From a virus (lineage: Duplodnaviria; Caudoviricetes), in IMG/VR virus record IMGVR_UViG_3300044247_000057, positions 1 to 64,000 of that record: 64,000 nucleotides of DNA. One strand, 5' to 3'. The position numbers were made by a program, and so were the translations under genes. The notes under the pieces are model-generated. The model was given only the letters and a program-made list of their open reading frames with translations. It had not been told where the DNA came from and searched no databases. Positions 24,615-36,303 of this stretch are shown here, one piece after another. Within the stretch, counting starts at the first letter, position 1. Each line of letters opens with the position of its first letter.

Positions 24615-27600
24615 GGCAGGTGACGCTCACAGGCACCTACCTGGAGCCCGATGGTGACTACGCCAACATCGAGGTGCGGTTCACCCCCACCTCCACGCTG
24701 AAGAACGTCACCGAGAACGTGGTGCTGCTGCAGCAGAGCGTGCTGGCACGTACCAATGGCAAGGGCCAGATCAGCGTCCAGCTGTACCCCTGGCAGGACG
24801 GCATGGTGCCCAACGAGTTCCTCTACTTCGTGGAGGAGTTCAAGGGCACGCACCTGGTGAACGCCTGGTACCTGCGCCTTGATGCTGAGACCCCCGATGC
24901 CATCACCATGGGCAGCGTCTACCCCAACTCAGCCCCGGTAACCCAGGACGAGTACCCCACGCTGACCGAGGTACGGGCCATTGCGGCTGACCTGGACGGG
25001 GCGATCTACACCAAGGTCGAAGAGGTCGATGCACGGGTAGACGTGGTTGAAGCCACCATGCTGACCAAGGTAGGGACGCAGGAGCTGGGCATCACGGTGC
25101 CGACCATGGTGGGCGGCCAGATCGAGACCAAGTACATCCCTACCCTGCAGTTGGCGAGAAGCTTCGCAGCAGCGAGCCAAGAGGAGATGCTGGCGAGGTT
25201 CGACCAGCCCCTGGGCACGATCTGCCGACGTACTGACCTCGGTGTGAGCTTCATGATGGAGGGGACGGACAGCACCAACCTCGCCTCATGGGTGCAGATC
25301 TCAGACAACTTCTCTGTGACCAGCGTGCAGGGCAAGAGCGGCATGGTCACGCTGTCTCCCACAGACCTCGGGGCAGCCCCTGCAGAGCACCAGCACCTGT
25401 ACCTGAGTGGCCAGGAGTACGTCGCCACCCTGATGCGCGGTGAGGACATCGAGGCCACGCGCTACCTGCGGGCCAAGAGCGGCAATGGCAGGGTCGAGAT
25501 CAACGACCAGACCATCCGCTGGTTCGACAGCTCAGGGGTCGTGGTCTTCGAGCTCAACCCCTATGTGCAGGCTCCCTGGGTCAACACCGTGGTCAAGGCC
25601 ATCAAGGTGAGTGACCACACCCTGCTGGCCAACGCAGGGGTGAGCGCAGCGGTACGCAGGGACAACGACAACGTCCTGGGCTTCCGGATGAGCGCCTACA
25701 ACATCACGGTGCCCTGCTACTTCGTGTTCGAGGATGAGCAGCTGAGCGCTAGCCTCCTGCAGCCCATCGTGGGCACGTACGCGGTACTGGACAACGCAGG
25801 GGTCACCAAGGCCACGGGAGTGGTCACCCAGAGCAACCACCAGATGCGGCCCATCAACTGGGTGCCGAGCGATCCCCTCCACACGCTGCATGTCAACGGC
25901 ACCCTCTCAGGGCTGTACGTGACAGGGGATGGCGTAGTCCAGATCCCCATCGACCCTGCTGACTACAGCGCTGAGTACGCCCTCAACATCGGCACAGTGG
26001 ACTCAGCTGTCGTCCCTGCAGCGAGCATCACGGGCACCTACCCCGACCAGCACCTCAACCTGACCATCCCCTACGGACCTGTGGGCGCACAGGGGCCACA
26101 GGGAGACCAGGGCGTAGAAGGCCCTCAGGGTCTGCCTGGCAAGAGCGTGGACATCAACACGTCCGTGCCCACAGCAGCTGACCTGCCTGCCACTGCAGGG
26201 CACAACGAGGGCGTTCTCACCCAGAACGACGGCCATCTGCATGTGTGGGATGGCACGCAGTGGGTGGACGTAGGCCAGATCTCAGGGCCCATTGGACCTC
26301 AGGGGCCTATCGGCCCCCAGGGTGTAGTGGGACCTCAGGGCAACATCGGCCCCGTAGGTCCGCTCGGGCCCATCGGCCCTGTTGGTGTGCAGGGCCCTGT
26401 TGGTCCTCTCGGCCCTCCTGGGGTGAAGGGCGACACAGGTCTGCCTGGTCCTCCCCTGCCCACCAATGGCATCGACGGGGATGTGCTGACCAAGGGCTGG
26501 GTGCTGGCCAACACCAACCTGATGTCCTCTCCGGTGGACACAGCAGCCCAGGGAGCGACTGCATCCAGGTTCGGCCCCTATGACTCGCACGTAGCTGGCA
26601 CCCTCACCACCAAGGTCAGCGGCACGCGCAATGGCCATCCTGTGGTGCGTTCACAGGCGGTGGGCACGGTATGGCCCACTCAGCCCAACATCCTCACCGC
26701 AGGGGTGAACGGCACCTTCGAGGGCGGGGTGACAACAGGCTGGTCACTGGCTGCCGGTGCTTCGGTCTCCGCAGACGCCACCATCAAGCGCTCGGGCTCA
26801 CACAGCCTGAAGATGACCTACACCGCAGCTGCCTCAGGGCAGGGCGCTACAGCGAACAACGTCGGCCCTCTGGTGGTTGGCCAGGCGTACACCGTGAGCG
26901 GCTGGGTCTACGTCCCCTCTGCCTCGGCAGGGTGCCTTCCCCAGGTGCGGATGACGGGTGTCACTGGCGGCACGGTCTACAACCCGGTCTCTGCTCTGGA
27001 CACCTGGACCTACTCGTCCTGGAGCTTCATCGCCACTGCCACGACGCACACGATCTTCATGGCTACCCACGGTCCGACCACAGATGGCATGGTCGCCTAC
27101 TTCGACGACATCCAGGTGACCGGCCTCCAGAACCTGATCATCAACGGCAACAACGGCACCTTCGAGGGGCCTTCACCTACCAGTGGCTGGGCCGGTGGTG
27201 GCACTACGGCGTCCGCTGTGGCCGGTTCCACTGTCCAGGCTCACTCAGGTACAGGGTCGATGCGGGTCACCTGGCCTGCTGCGGCCAGCGGTGGGTCCAA
27301 CGCAGGGTTCACCATGACAGGCCTGGTCGTAGGTCAGCCGTACACCACTGAGGCGTGGATCTACATCCCCACGGGCGGGCAGAACGCAGCAGTGGCCATG
27401 GGATCGAACCTGGGCAACGTCGTCACCCAGAGAGACCAGTGGGTTCTGTCCACGGTGACAGCGGCGGCTACGTCCACCTCTCACTCCGTGGTGGTGATGA
27501 ACTCGGGGGCTACGACAGCTGGTCAGCTCTGCTACGTCGATGACGTGCGGTTCATCAAGGCCAACGTCAGTGCGTACAACGGGATCAACACGAACGCCTT

Positions 27601-30600
27601 CTACAACCCCCTGGCGATCCCCGCAGGCACCACTGTCGTCGTCTCCGCCTGGATCTATCACTCCACCGACTCCCTCGGTGTCACCGGGGTGCGTTTGCTC
27701 TGCAGGGACGACACGAACAACGACAGCTATGCGGCGACCTTCGATGCTGCAACCCCTGCCAACACGTCCTCAGCCCCTCTGGGTGTCTGGACACGCCTTG
27801 CATGGCGGGTCACTGTCAACCCAGGTCGCACGGTCAACCACCTCTACATCATTCCGCTCTCGTCGTCCTGGCAGCCTGCTGGCTCCTACATGGACACCAC
27901 TGAGTGGATGGTGGAGAAGGACGGGTCACTGACTCAGGACTACTTCGACGGGGACACGGGCACTGCGCTCACTCACCGCTGGACAGGGACAGTCCACGGC
28001 TCCGCCTCGGAGCAGGTCAACGCCTCAGGCACCGTGACCCGGACCAACATTGCGATCAACCCCATCGCAGACACCGTGAACACCACCACCCCCTGGGGTG
28101 CGGCACGGGCCAATGTCGTCATGGATACCGGCTTCCTGCGCATGACGGTCACCGACGCTGCTATCTCACCGTTGGCTCAGCGGCTCGTCAGTCCCACGAG
28201 CCAGGTCAGTGTGTACCGGATCCTCTGCATCCCGGGTGAGACGGTGCACCTGTCCGCTCAGGTCCGCAGCAGCGCGTCGTTTCCGATGGGGCTGTGCATC
28301 CAGTTCCAGGACGCAGCAGGGAACATCACGCTGAACACGAACGGTCCAGCGGGAACCTCCAACCCGACCTCCTGGACCACGCTGCCAGACTTCGCGCTGA
28401 CGGCACCTGCCAACACGGCCTTCTGCTCGGTGCAGGTCGGTATCGCTGGCAATGGTCCACGTGCTATCAACGACACCTTCGATGTCCGGCACGTGATGGT
28501 CTCCAAGGGCAGCGAGGTCTACACCTACTTCGACGGCAACACCCTTGGAGTGTCCGCCCCTGGGGCTGCGGTCACCCATCGTTGGACGGGCACCCTCAAC
28601 GCCTCCATCTCCGAGCAGGTGGCCTCGGGCAACATCGTGGTGCGCAGGAACCTCGCCCTGAACCCCAACATCGAGACCAACGCCAGTAACTGGGGTAGCA
28701 ACAACGGTGCGCAGTGGGACGCTGTCCGGGACACCACTGCGCCCATCAAGGGCACAGGGTCGCTGATGACCACTCGGCTGTCGGGGATTCTCGACTACAA
28801 CGCAGGGTCGGTCTCCAACTTCCCCGTCGCCACAGCGCTGCCCAGCACGACCTACACCCTCGGTGTCACCGTCAAGGCTCAGCTGGCAGGACGCAAGGTC
28901 CAGATCAACTCCGTCTGGAGGGACGCCGCAGGGGCGGTGATCAGTAGTGGCGTCTCCTCTGCTCTCGCCCTGCCGACGAACACCCCAGTGCGTCACACAA
29001 CTCAGTTGGTCAGCCCTCCGAACGCAGCCCAGTTCCAGATGAGCGTTGATGTGCTGACGGTGAGCGGTGGCAACTCCACGCTGGGGGAGAAAGTCTGGTT
29101 CGACGAGTTCACGCAGGAGCAGGGGGCCACGGATGGCTCGTACTTCGATGGCTCTACCCCGGATCGCAACGCCACTGCCCTCGACTACTACGAGTGGGAG
29201 AGCAACGCCAGGGCCTCTACCTCCAACCACTACAACTTCGCTGCTGCCTGGGAGCCCGTGCAGACGACCATCCCGTACCTGCCTATCGCTGGCGGCACGC
29301 TCACGGGTGACCTGTCCCTGACCGGAGATCCCACCCAGCCCAAGCACGCGGCCACCAAGAGCTACGTGGACGCCCATGGGGCAGTGCTGGATGACGGTGC
29401 CACCATCACTGACGCGGCCAACGGAGAGCTGCTGATCAAGCCCAAGCAGGGCGGTTGGATCAGCATGGGTGGGGTGCCGGTGGGGTCGGTCTACACCCCG
29501 TCCAACCCCCAGGACGCCGCCAACAAGGAGTACGTGGACGGCAGGACCACGCCTTCGGGCATCTGGGGCACAGCGCCACTGGACTCAGCCACCTACGGCA
29601 CCAATGACCTGGCCGGTGCTGAGGTCTACATCGACACGGCGGGTAAGCTCCGGGCCCACCCGCAGCAGCTGAGTGAGTCGGCGGGCAAGTACCCGGTGAC
29701 CGCACTGCCTCCCGTCTACCCGACCGGCACGACGGTCTACTACGTCGCCTCTGCCAATGGTGCGGCGTGGCCCACCACTCGCTCCTGCATCGTGACGACC
29801 ATCAAGGCCAGCAACGGGGCGGCCATGCAGTGGTGCGCCGAGCCTGGCACCGCAGTCTCGAAGGTGTGGTTCCGCAACGGACAGTCGGCTGCCTGGGGTC
29901 CGTGGCAGGAGATGGGAGGAAGCTCAGGTACCTGGGGCACCAACCCCCTGGACACCACCCGCGTGGGCACGGACCCCCTCTCAGGGACACCTGTCTACGT
30001 CGACTCGGCAGGCAAGCTCAGAGCCGCCGTGCAGAACTTCTCGACCGCACAGAAGGCCCGTGCTCAGGCTGATCTCCCGGGCACCTACCCGCTGGGTGTG
30101 TCCACCACCCAGATGACCGCAGCCCAGTCCACAGCAGGTGGCTGGACCCCCACGGGGGCGACAGGTGTGTCGGGCACGTTGTTCACCATCAGGCGGGCTA
30201 ACGAGCCCGATGCTGACGCCACTGTCACCCAGTACTTCTTCGTCACCTCCAGCGCCGCCCCGAGGGCCTACTACCGCTCTGGCTCGGGCACGGGAGCAGC
30301 GAACCAATGGTCGGCCTGGGTGATTGCTGTCCCGGAGGACACCGGCTGGATCGACGCCTCCATGGACACCGACTGGAGCAACTATGGCTCTGGCTACGCC
30401 AACGTGGGCTACCGCAGGATCGGCAACAGGGTCACTCTGCGAGGGTTGGCCAGGACCGCTGTTGTCAGGACCACCACGTCCACCATCTTCACCCTGCCGG
30501 TGGGGTACCGAACGACCACCTTGACCATCTTCAACGCGCTCGCCAGCGGCAGCATCGTCTCTGGTGCCGCCTCCACAGGCACCGCTCACACCCACACGGC

Positions 30601-30733
30601 GTCCTACCAGCTGCCGATGCGGCTCGATGTTCTCAACACCACGGGTGCGGTGACGGCTAACGCCCAGGGCGGGTGGAGCCTGGGCGTCAGCGGCTACATC
30701 TCGCTCGAAGGCATCTCGTTCCTCATCGACTAG
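24611..30733 (+). CDS. long tail fibre / receptor-binding protein (2040 aa)
   Basis: N-terminal Ig-like domain, collagen repeats, tandem CBM4/9-like modules with YFDG motifs, C-terminal DTGW...[12 protein letters not shown] fibre domain. Confidence 0.9.
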   Translation: MRQVTLTGTYLEPDGDYANIEVRFTPTSTLKNVTENVVLLQQSVLARTNGKGQISVQLYPWQDGMVPNEFLYFVEEFKGTHLVNAWYLRLDAETPDAITMGSVYPNSAPVTQDEYPTLTEVRAIAADLDGAIYTKVEEVDARVDVVEATMLTKVGTQELGITVPTMVGGQIETKYIPTLQLARSFAAASQEEMLARFDQPLGTICRRTDLGVSFMMEGTDSTNLASWVQISDNFSVTSVQGKSGMVTLSPTDLGAAPAEHQHLYLSGQEYVATLMRGEDIEATRYLRAKSGNGRVEINDQTIRWFDSSGVVVFELNPYVQAPWVNTVVKAIKVSDHTLLANAGVSAAVRRDNDNVLGFRMSAYNITVPCYFVFEDEQLSASLLQPIVGTYAVLDNAGVTKATGVVTQSNHQMRPINWVPSDPLHTLHVNGTLSGLYVTGDGVVQIPIDPADYSAEYALNIGTVDSAVVPAASITGTYPDQHLNLTIPYGPVGAQGPQGDQGVEGPQGLPGKSVDINTSVPTAADLPATAGHNEGVLTQNDGHLHVWDGTQWVDVGQISGPIGPQGPIGPQGVVGPQGNIGPVGPLGPIGPVGVQGPVGPLGPPGVKGDTGLPGPPLPTNGIDGDVLTKGWVLANTNLMSSPVDTAAQGATASRFGPYDSHVAGTLTTKVSGTRNGHPVVRSQAVGTVWPTQPNILTAGVNGTFEGGVTTGWSLAAGASVSADATIKRSGSHSLKMTYTAAASGQGATANNVGPLVVGQAYTVSGWVYVPSASAGCLPQVRMTGVTGGTVYNPVSALDTWTYSSWSFIATATTHTIFMATHGPTTDGMVAYFDDIQVTGLQNLIINGNNGTFEGPSPTSGWAGGGTTASAVAGSTVQAHSGTGSMRVTWPAAASGGSNAGFTMTGLVVGQPYTTEAWIYIPTGGQNAAVAMGSNLGNVVTQRDQWVLSTVTAAATSTSHSVVVMNSGATTAGQLCYVDDVRFIKANVSAYNGINTNAFYNPLAIPAGTTVVVSAWIYHSTDSLGVTGVRLLCRDDTNNDSYAATFDAATPANTSSAPLGVWTRLAWRVTVNPGRTVNHLYIIPLSSSWQPAGSYMDTTEWMVEKDGSLTQDYFDGDTGTALTHRWTGTVHGSASEQVNASGTVTRTNIAINPIADTVNTTTPWGAARANVVMDTGFLRMTVTDAAISPLAQRLVSPTSQVSVYRILCIPGETVHLSAQVRSSASFPMGLCIQFQDAAGNITLNTNGPAGTSNPTSWTTLPDFALTAPANTAFCSVQVGIAGNGPRAINDTFDVRHVMVSKGSEVYTYFDGNTLGVSAPGAAVTHRWTGTLNASISEQVASGNIVVRRNLALNPNIETNASNWGSNNGAQWDAVRDTTAPIKGTGSLMTTRLSGILDYNAGSVSNFPVATALPSTTYTLGVTVKAQLAGRKVQINSVWRDAAGAVISSGVSSALALPTNTPVRHTTQLVSPPNAAQFQMSVDVLTVSGGNSTLGEKVWFDEFTQEQGATDGSYFDGSTPDRNATALDYYEWESNARASTSNHYNFAAAWEPVQTTIPYLPIAGGTLTGDLSLTGDPTQPKHAATKSYVDAHGAVLDDGATITDAANGELLIKPKQGGWISMGGVPVGSVYTPSNPQDAANKEYVDGRTTPSGIWGTAPLDSATYGTNDLAGAEVYIDTAGKLRAHPQQLSESAGKYPVTALPPVYPTGTTVYYVASANGAAWPTTRSCIVTTIKASNGAAMQWCAEPGTAVSKVWFRNGQSAAWGPWQEMGGSSGTWGTNPLDTTRVGTDPLSGTPVYVDSAGKLRAAVQNFSTAQKARAQADLPGTYPLGVSTTQMTAAQSTAGGWTPTGATGVSGTLFTIRRANEPDADATVTQYFFVTSSAAPRAYYRSGSGTGAANQWSAWVIAVPEDTGWIDASMDTDWSNYGSGYANVGYRRIGNRVTLRGLARTAVVRTTTSTIFTLPVGYRTTTLTIFNALASGSIVSGAASTGTAHTHTASYQLPMRLDVLNTTGAVTANAQGGWSLGVSGYISLEGISFLID

Positions 30734-30740
30734 GAGAGTC

Positions 30741-31016
30741 ATGGCTTACTCAGACGTCGCAGAGCTCAGTGGCGACAGCTTCTTCATCAACCGGGTGGCA
30801 GCCTGCTACGCCATCGAGACCGGGGGTGACAAGCAGAACCCTCAGCAGTGGGCGATGGAGCACAACTGGGAGATGGCCGCTCAGCCGGGCTTCGGGGAGG
30901 CCTACACCTATGCAAAGGACACCGATGTGCCCGATCCTGGCAAGGACGTAGGCGTCATCACCGACAACCAGATCCTGGGTGCGGTGCAGAGCATCATCAC
31001 CGAGGAGTCTTCATGA
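30741..31016 (+). CDS. small tail-fibre-associated protein
   Basis: AGGAG RBS; follows fibre directly; RVAACYA...ITDNQILGAVQ. Confidence 0.7.
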   Translation: MAYSDVAELSGDSFFINRVAACYAIETGGDKQNPQQWAMEHNWEMAAQPGFGEAYTYAKDTDVPDPGKDVGVITDNQILGAVQSIITEESS

Positions 31017-31099
31017 GCACACCAGGCTGGATGATCCCGGTCATCCTGATTCTCGTCGTTCTGCTGTTCGTCTTCGCTCTGGTTGGGCTGTTCAGCTAG
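31013..31099 (+). CDS. 28-aa single-pass membrane protein
   Basis: ATGA overlap; MSTPGWMIPVILILVVLLFVFALVGLFS. Confidence 0.55.
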   Translation: MSTPGWMIPVILILVVLLFVFALVGLFS

Positions 31100-31102
31100 G
31101 TC

Positions 31103-32614
31103 ATGAGCTTCCGGCTGGACCGCCCTCCCAGGAACAACGACGAGCTCTACGACCTCGTCAAGGTGCTCTGGAACATCACCATCCCCAGGTACAAGACCTG
31201 TGTCGAGCACAACGCCCCCTTCGACGCCTTCGCCACCGCCTTCTTCGCCCGCGAGCCCCAGGTGCTCGTACACGGCTCCCGAGGCCTCTCCGGCAAGTCC
31301 GTGATGATGTCTGTGCTCGGTCTGACCAACGCCGTGGTGTGGGGAAGCGACTGCAACATCCTGGGTGGGTCGCTGGCCCAATCCAACAACGTGCTGGAGT
31401 CCATGCAGCGGGCCTGGGAGTACGAGTACGCGCCTCGCTACATGCTTGCCTCGGACCAACGCAATGAGCAGCGCTTGACGAACAACGCCCGGATCAGGCC
31501 TCTGACGGCCTCCCAGAAGACGGTCCGTGGCCCTCACCCTGCGCGCCTGCTGCTGGACGAGATCGACGAGATGGACGCCAACATCCTGGCGGCGGCCATG
31601 GGCCAGCCGATGCCCCAACGCAACTGGATGGGGGTGGAGATACCCGCCCAGACCACGATGGTCTCCACCTGGCAGTACCCCGAGGGCACCATGACCGCCG
31701 AGATGAGGCGGTTCCGGGAGAACAACCTGCCTATCTACAGCTGGTGCTTCAAAGATACGGCCAACCCCTATGACGGCTGGCTGTCCCAGGAGACCATCGA
31801 CCAGAAGAAGCGAGAGATCCCCCGCGAGATGTGGCGGGTGGAGTACGAGCTCGGTGAGCCCTCCATCGGTAACCGGGCCATCGACTCCGAGTGCGTCGAG
31901 GACATGTTCGACGTCGGAGCACCCAAGCCCCTGCGGTGGACCAGGGAGCACCAGGAGTACGAGATCCTGAAGCCTTCAGTGGTCCGCGAGTACGTGGTGG
32001 CAGCCGACTGGGCCAGGGACATGGACTGGACCGTGATCGGAGTATGGGATGTCACTGAGACGCCGATTCGACTGGCGTACTACGTGCGGCTGCAGCGGCG
32101 GCCCTATCCATTCATGGTGGGACTGTTCAACGCCCTGCAGAAGCGCTACCACGCCGAAGGGATCCATGATGCGACGGGTCTGGGAGGCGTTGTCTCCGAC
32201 ATGATCGACGGCAAGGCCCGCAACTTCCTGATGACTGGGCGCAACAGGGACGACATGCTCTCTGAGTTCGTTGCAGCGGTCGAGCACAACCGCGTGCGGG
32301 CGAGCAGGATCGACAGCTTCTACACCGCTTGTAAGTACGTGAGCACCGACGATCTCTTCTCTCGGGCGAAGGAGTTTCACCTTCCTGACGAGGTCTGCTC
32401 GGCTGCGTTGGCCTGGAAGGCGGTCTCTCACCGCTTCCCCAACGTGATGCCCTACGTCGCGCCCAAGGCCCAGGTGAACTGGATGGGCGACGCGGTGAGC
32501 AACAACCGGGACTTCGCCAACGTGTCGATGACCCAGGGCACCCCCGACATGAAGCGGGGTCTGGACGGGGAAGTGGTGCGCAAGGACGAGGATCAGGCCT
32601 TCAGCTTGTCGTAA
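31103..32614 (+). CDS. terL: terminase large subunit
   Basis: Walker A GSRGLSGKS, Walker B LLLDEIDE, nuclease VAADWARDMD and HDATGLG. Confidence 0.93.
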   Translation: MSFRLDRPPRNNDELYDLVKVLWNITIPRYKTCVEHNAPFDAFATAFFAREPQVLVHGSRGLSGKSVMMSVLGLTNAVVWGSDCNILGGSLAQSNNVLESMQRAWEYEYAPRYMLASDQRNEQRLTNNARIRPLTASQKTVRGPHPARLLLDEIDEMDANILAAAMGQPMPQRNWMGVEIPAQTTMVSTWQYPEGTMTAEMRRFRENNLPIYSWCFKDTANPYDGWLSQETIDQKKREIPREMWRVEYELGEPSIGNRAIDSECVEDMFDVGAPKPLRWTREHQEYEILKPSVVREYVVAADWARDMDWTVIGVWDVTETPIRLAYYVRLQRRPYPFMVGLFNALQKRYHAEGIHDATGLGGVVSDMIDGKARNFLMTGRNRDDMLSEFVAAVEHNRVRASRIDSFYTACKYVSTDDLFSRAKEFHLPDEVCSAALAWKAVSHRFPNVMPYVAPKAQVNWMGDAVSNNRDFANVSMTQGTPDMKRGLDGEVVRKDEDQAFSLS

Positions 32615-32671
32615 TTGCCCAGTCTGGGGATACGATGGCAGCATAGCCATCCTGCTCACCCTGGAGGGGAC

Positions 32672-32983
32672 ATGAAGACCCTCGCCTGTCCTGAGTGCCA
32701 CGAGGTCATGCACCGCGTGGAGAAGGTCACCGCTCGCACCGAGCAAGCCGGGATCAGCCAGCTCTCCCGGCACTGCACCACCAACCACGTGATCCCGGCT
32801 ATGGAAGCCATGCTCGCCTGGGTAGCCAACCAGCACCTCACCCTGCAACAGGCCCTCGACTACACCCAGATCTCCTGCTACACGTGCGGGACGATGCTGC
32901 ACTCCGACACCCACCTCTACGTCCGCAAACACACCCGCACCATCCAGGTCTGCTCCACCCGATGCCAGAGAGAGGCGAATTGA
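32672..32983 (+). CDS. Cys/His-rich hypothetical protein
   Basis: ATG after GGAGGGG; CPEC, CYTC, CSTRC. Confidence 0.7.
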   Translation: MKTLACPECHEVMHRVEKVTARTEQAGISQLSRHCTTNHVIPAMEAMLAWVANQHLTLQQALDYTQISCYTCGTMLHSDTHLYVRKHTRTIQVCSTRCQREAN

Positions 32984-33180
32984 TGCCACGTCCGCAGGTC
33001 ACCTTTGCCATGACGTACTGGGAACAGGCCAAGGAGCAGGCGGGCAGATGGACGCTCTTCTTCGTCAAGGACCGGGAGGAGGCGGACAAGATCGCCCGGT
33101 GGTTGCGCAGGCAGGAGTGCAAGGCCAAGTTCCTGGAGCTTGACGACAGGTATCTGCTGGCTGTGAAAGCCCCCGCGTGA
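32983..33180 (+). CDS. hypothetical protein (65 aa)
   Basis: TGATG overlap. Confidence 0.65.
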   Translation: MPRPQVTFAMTYWEQAKEQAGRWTLFFVKDREEADKIARWLRRQECKAKFLELDDRYLLAVKAPA

Positions 33181-33476
33181 CCCCTCTGCAAAGGAGCTCC
33201 CTGATGAGCGCACCCCTGGTCGGTTACCTGAGTGACGGCACCGTGATCGTGATGGGGGTGGAGAACCCCGTGCTGGCCCGCAGCATCCTCGTCGAGACGC
33301 TCGTGGAGCGTGAGGAGCTGGACAACTTCGGGGTCTGTACCGAGGGCGACAAGGGCGGCTTCTGCGACCTGAAGGACGACAGAGACCTGTGCCAGGCCTG
33401 TATCGACTTCCTGGCCTCGGTCTACCTGGTCAAGGACTGTCAGCAGTACCCCGCATACCACTGGAAAGAGATGTGA
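33177..33476 (+). CDS. hypothetical protein
   Basis: Operon packing; alternative start at 33204. Confidence 0.65.
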   Translation: MTPLQRSSLMSAPLVGYLSDGTVIVMGVENPVLARSILVETLVEREELDNFGVCTEGDKGGFCDLKDDRDLCQACIDFLASVYLVKDCQQYPAYHWKEM

Positions 33477-33749
33477 ATGTTCATCGAGATCGACGAGCAG
33501 ACCAGCCTGAACGCTGACGTCCCCGTGCTCTACCTGGAGGACGTGATCGCCGAGACCAGCGACGGAGACCTGCCGGTCACCAAGATCGTGTTCGCCATCC
33601 CCAACACCGAGCCCCTCTACTCCACGGTGCCCCGCAAGGAGCTGGCCGAGCTGCTGGGGATGGAGCGCTTCTCGATGCCTGAGGCCCTGCTCCAGCCTGA
33701 CCCGGGCGAGTCCAGCGAGGACTATCTGAACCGAATCACCCCGCGATGA
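33477..33749 (+). CDS. hypothetical protein (90 aa)
   Basis: Abuts upstream stop; strong codon bias. Confidence 0.7.
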   Translation: MFIEIDEQTSLNADVPVLYLEDVIAETSDGDLPVTKIVFAIPNTEPLYSTVPRKELAELLGMERFSMPEALLQPDPGESSEDYLNRITPR

Positions 33750-33991
33750 GCGCTCCTACGCCCGAGACGGTGCAGCTCTGTGCCGTCTGTGCCCAGCCCT
33801 GGGAGCTGCACGTACGGCTGGCCTACTGGCGGCTCAGCATCAACGAGGACGACGAGATGCCCACTGAGGAGGAGGTGGAGGCGGCTATCGGCTTCCTGGA
33901 GTGCATCCACCTGCTGAAGAACGCCAACAGGGGGCCTCAGGGCCCGCCTGGGCCTATCGGTATGAGCGGACCCCAGGGAGCCCCTGGATGA
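33746..33991 (+). CDS. hypothetical protein with short C-terminal collagen-like tail
   Basis: CAVC; ends GPQGPPGPIGMSGPQGAPG. Confidence 0.65.
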   Translation: MSAPTPETVQLCAVCAQPWELHVRLAYWRLSINEDDEMPTEEEVEAAIGFLECIHLLKNANRGPQGPPGPIGMSGPQGAPG

Positions 33992-34254
33992 ACCCCACGC
34001 TCGTCTTCTTCCTCATGCTGGTGGCCTTCGGGGCGGGCTTCGCCTTCTCCTGGTACGCCCAGTCCCGCAAGCTCAGCCAGCGCAAGATCGACCCAGCTGA
34101 CGACATCCCCGACTACGTGCCTCCCGCACTCCCGCGTGGGGAGGTCAACCCCCGTGTCATCCGCACCCTGCACGAGGACTGCATCTGCGGAGCCAAGCCC
34201 AACCAGTGGTGCTTCCACGGATGCGCCGCTCTCGACCCCTGGGACTACCGATGA
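33988..34254 (+). CDS. membrane-anchored protein with C-terminal Cys/His cluster
   Basis: N-terminal TM helix; H-x2-CICG...CFHGC. Confidence 0.65.
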   Translation: MNPTLVFFLMLVAFGAGFAFSWYAQSRKLSQRKIDPADDIPDYVPPALPRGEVNPRVIRTLHEDCICGAKPNQWCFHGCAALDPWDYR

Positions 34255-34661
34255 AGCTCGTCCTGGTCAGTGACGACGATGATGGAAACAGGTGGGCCAG
34301 GAAGACCGACCCCTGGACCTCCTGGGAGGCAGGTAAGGGCGGCTTCCCCAAGCTCAGAGACAGATGTCTGTTGTTCATCTGGCTCTACCTGAAGGGTTCG
34401 TTCACCGCCGAGGACGTCTCCCGGCTGTGTGCTGACCCCGAGCTGATCCGCACCTTCCACGGCCCACCCCTGGGCAAGAGCCCCTGGCACCGGATCACCG
34501 ACTGCCAGTACGAGAAGTGGGTGGACTGGGTCTACGACGACGAGGGTCGGATCGTGGAGCGGATGGAGGACTCGGGCCAGCCTCAGGGCCTGCGGCAGAT
34601 CACCATGTACGGACGCCTGGTCGCGCACGGGATGTGGGCGAACCGGGAGGACAAGCGATGA
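34251..34661 (+). CDS. putative winged-helix DNA-binding protein
   Basis: ARKTDPWTS motif as in actinophage wHTH proteins (from memory). Confidence 0.55.
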   Translation: MKLVLVSDDDDGNRWARKTDPWTSWEAGKGGFPKLRDRCLLFIWLYLKGSFTAEDVSRLCADPELIRTFHGPPLGKSPWHRITDCQYEKWVDWVYDDEGRIVERMEDSGQPQGLRQITMYGRLVAHGMWANREDKR

Positions 34662-34951
34662 GGTCGATGATCGAGATGGTCTTCTCGGAGGACCGCCGTG
34701 CGGTGTGCATCTACCAGGGCCTGCCGGACATGGGCCCTGAGCGACGTGAGGCATGGACGACCTGGCTGGACCGGCACGGTCTGGACGCCGACATGGTTGT
34801 CCTGGGTACCGAGATCCGCTGTGACGACGAGGAGCGGCGGGTCTACTACACCGCGTATGACCGTGAGGCCGTTGACCTGGGTAGGAACTCCATTGGTCGC
34901 GTGGACCGCTACGTCCAACTGGAGGCTCCCGCGCTGCCCTTTCCTTCGTGA
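34658..34951 (+). CDS. hypothetical protein (97 aa)
   Basis: ATGA overlap, GGAGG RBS. Confidence 0.65.
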   Translation: MRSMIEMVFSEDRRAVCIYQGLPDMGPERREAWTTWLDRHGLDADMVVLGTEIRCDDEERRVYYTAYDREAVDLGRNSIGRVDRYVQLEAPALPFPS

Positions 34952-34972
34952 CGCGCATGCGACCGTTGGGGT

Positions 34973-35293
34973 GTGACGGACCAGCCCACTGAGCCGATCC
35001 CTCCGCACCGGCCACGGTTCAGGGATCGCAGTACCACCGACCTGTTGGTCATCATGATTGCCTTCACCATCTGCGGCTCCGTGGTGGTGGGCAGTGGTAC
35101 GGCCATCATCACCGAGCTCTTCCGTCCTGAACAGGACACCTCGGCTGTGCTCAGGGCCGTCTCCGACATCATCAACACCCTGATCGGTCTGCTGGCGGGC
35201 TTCCTCGCGGGGCGAACTGATGCCACGCTGACAGCGGCGAGGGAGGCAGAAGCCGCCAAGAAGAAGTCGCCGCCACCTGAGGTCGCAGAGTGA
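34973..35293 (+). CDS. two-TM membrane protein, probably lysis-associated
   Basis: Two hydrophobic helices, charged C-tail; two genes upstream of holin. Confidence 0.65.
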   Translation: MTDQPTEPIPPHRPRFRDRSTTDLLVIMIAFTICGSVVVGSGTAIITELFRPEQDTSAVLRAVSDIINTLIGLLAGFLAGRTDATLTAAREAEAAKKKSPPPEVAE

Positions 35294-35943
35294 ACCGGAT
35301 CTACTCCAACCCGATCATCGGCTTCGGCCTCGCAGCAGTCTTGATGGTGACGGCTCTGTTGATGGCGGTGCTGCCCCCACTGATGGGGGTGGACCCAGAG
35401 GGAGAGACCAACAACCAGATCCAGATCGAGGGGCCTCAGGGTCCACCAGGAACGAACGGGAAGAACGGACTCGATGGAGCAGACGGTGAGCAAGGCCCTC
35501 CTGGACCTGCAGGAGCGCGTGGACTTCCGGGAGCTGGCGAACCAGGTGCACCAGGTCCGCAGGGCGTTCCAGGGCCTGCAGGTGCAGACGGACAAGACGG
35601 GCAGGACGGTGAAGCAGGCGTTCCAGGTCCAGCTGGGCCTGCTGGCCTTCCCGGACCTGCTGGGGGAGAGACCGGACCGCCAGGCCCGCAGGGAGCGACA
35701 GGAGCGCAGGGCAAGGACGGCGCAGACGGAAAGGACGGGGTAGATGGCAAGGATGGCGCTCAGGGTGTACCTGGCCCTAGTGGACCGAGTGGTCCTCCTG
35801 GTCCAGCTGCTCCGACTGTGGCTCCCACCGACACCCCGTGTCCGGACGGCTTCACCTTCGGTGAGGTAGAGGTCCACCAGCGCGCCCCCGTGGACCAGGA
35901 CCTGCCCATCTGGGTCTGCGTCCCGACGAGCGAGGGTGGATAG
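35290..35943 (+). CDS. membrane-anchored collagen-like protein
   Basis: N-terminal TM helix, long uninterrupted G-X-Y run, C-terminal Cys pair (CPDG...WVC). Confidence 0.8.
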   Translation: MNRIYSNPIIGFGLAAVLMVTALLMAVLPPLMGVDPEGETNNQIQIEGPQGPPGTNGKNGLDGADGEQGPPGPAGARGLPGAGEPGAPGPQGVPGPAGADGQDGQDGEAGVPGPAGPAGLPGPAGGETGPPGPQGATGAQGKDGADGKDGVDGKDGAQGVPGPSGPSGPPGPAAPTVAPTDTPCPDGFTFGEVEVHQRAPVDQDLPIWVCVPTSEGG

Positions 35944-35952
35944 GCTGAGGCT

Positions 35953-36303
35953 GTGACCGTCACGTGGGACGCGCTGAGCATCGTCCAGCTGCTCATCGCC
36001 TTCGTCCTGCCCCTGCTGGTGGGGTTGGTTACCAAGACCAGCATGAGGGGCGGCGTGAAGGCACTCCTCCTGGCCGGACTCAACCTAGTGCTAGCTCTGC
36101 TGTCCGAGCTGGCTCGTGCCCTGAGCTCAGGAGAGGTCTTCGATCTCGGGGTGGCGCTGATCAGCGCATTGCCTGCATTCATCGTCTCGGTAGGCGCGCA
36201 TATGGGACTGTGGAAGCCGACCGGGGTCACCAACACTGTCCAGCATCTGCTGGTGACAGATGGTGACACGACGCCGCAGGTACCACCCCAGAGAGCCGCC
36301 TGA
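35953..36303 (+). CDS. holin (actinophage type)
   Basis: LPLLVGLVTK...KALLLA...HMGLWKP pattern with three hydrophobic segments. Confidence 0.75.
   Translation: MTVTWDALSIVQLLIAFVLPLLVGLVTKTSMRGGVKALLLAGLNLVLALLSELARALSSGEVFDLGVALISALPAFIVSVGAHMGLWKPTGVTNTVQHLLVTDGDTTPQVPPQRAA

Noticed and set aside
35420-35810. Tandem DNA repeats in collagen regions as an array or CRISPR
   Set aside because: They are G-X-Y coding periodicity without identical repeat units or spacers.
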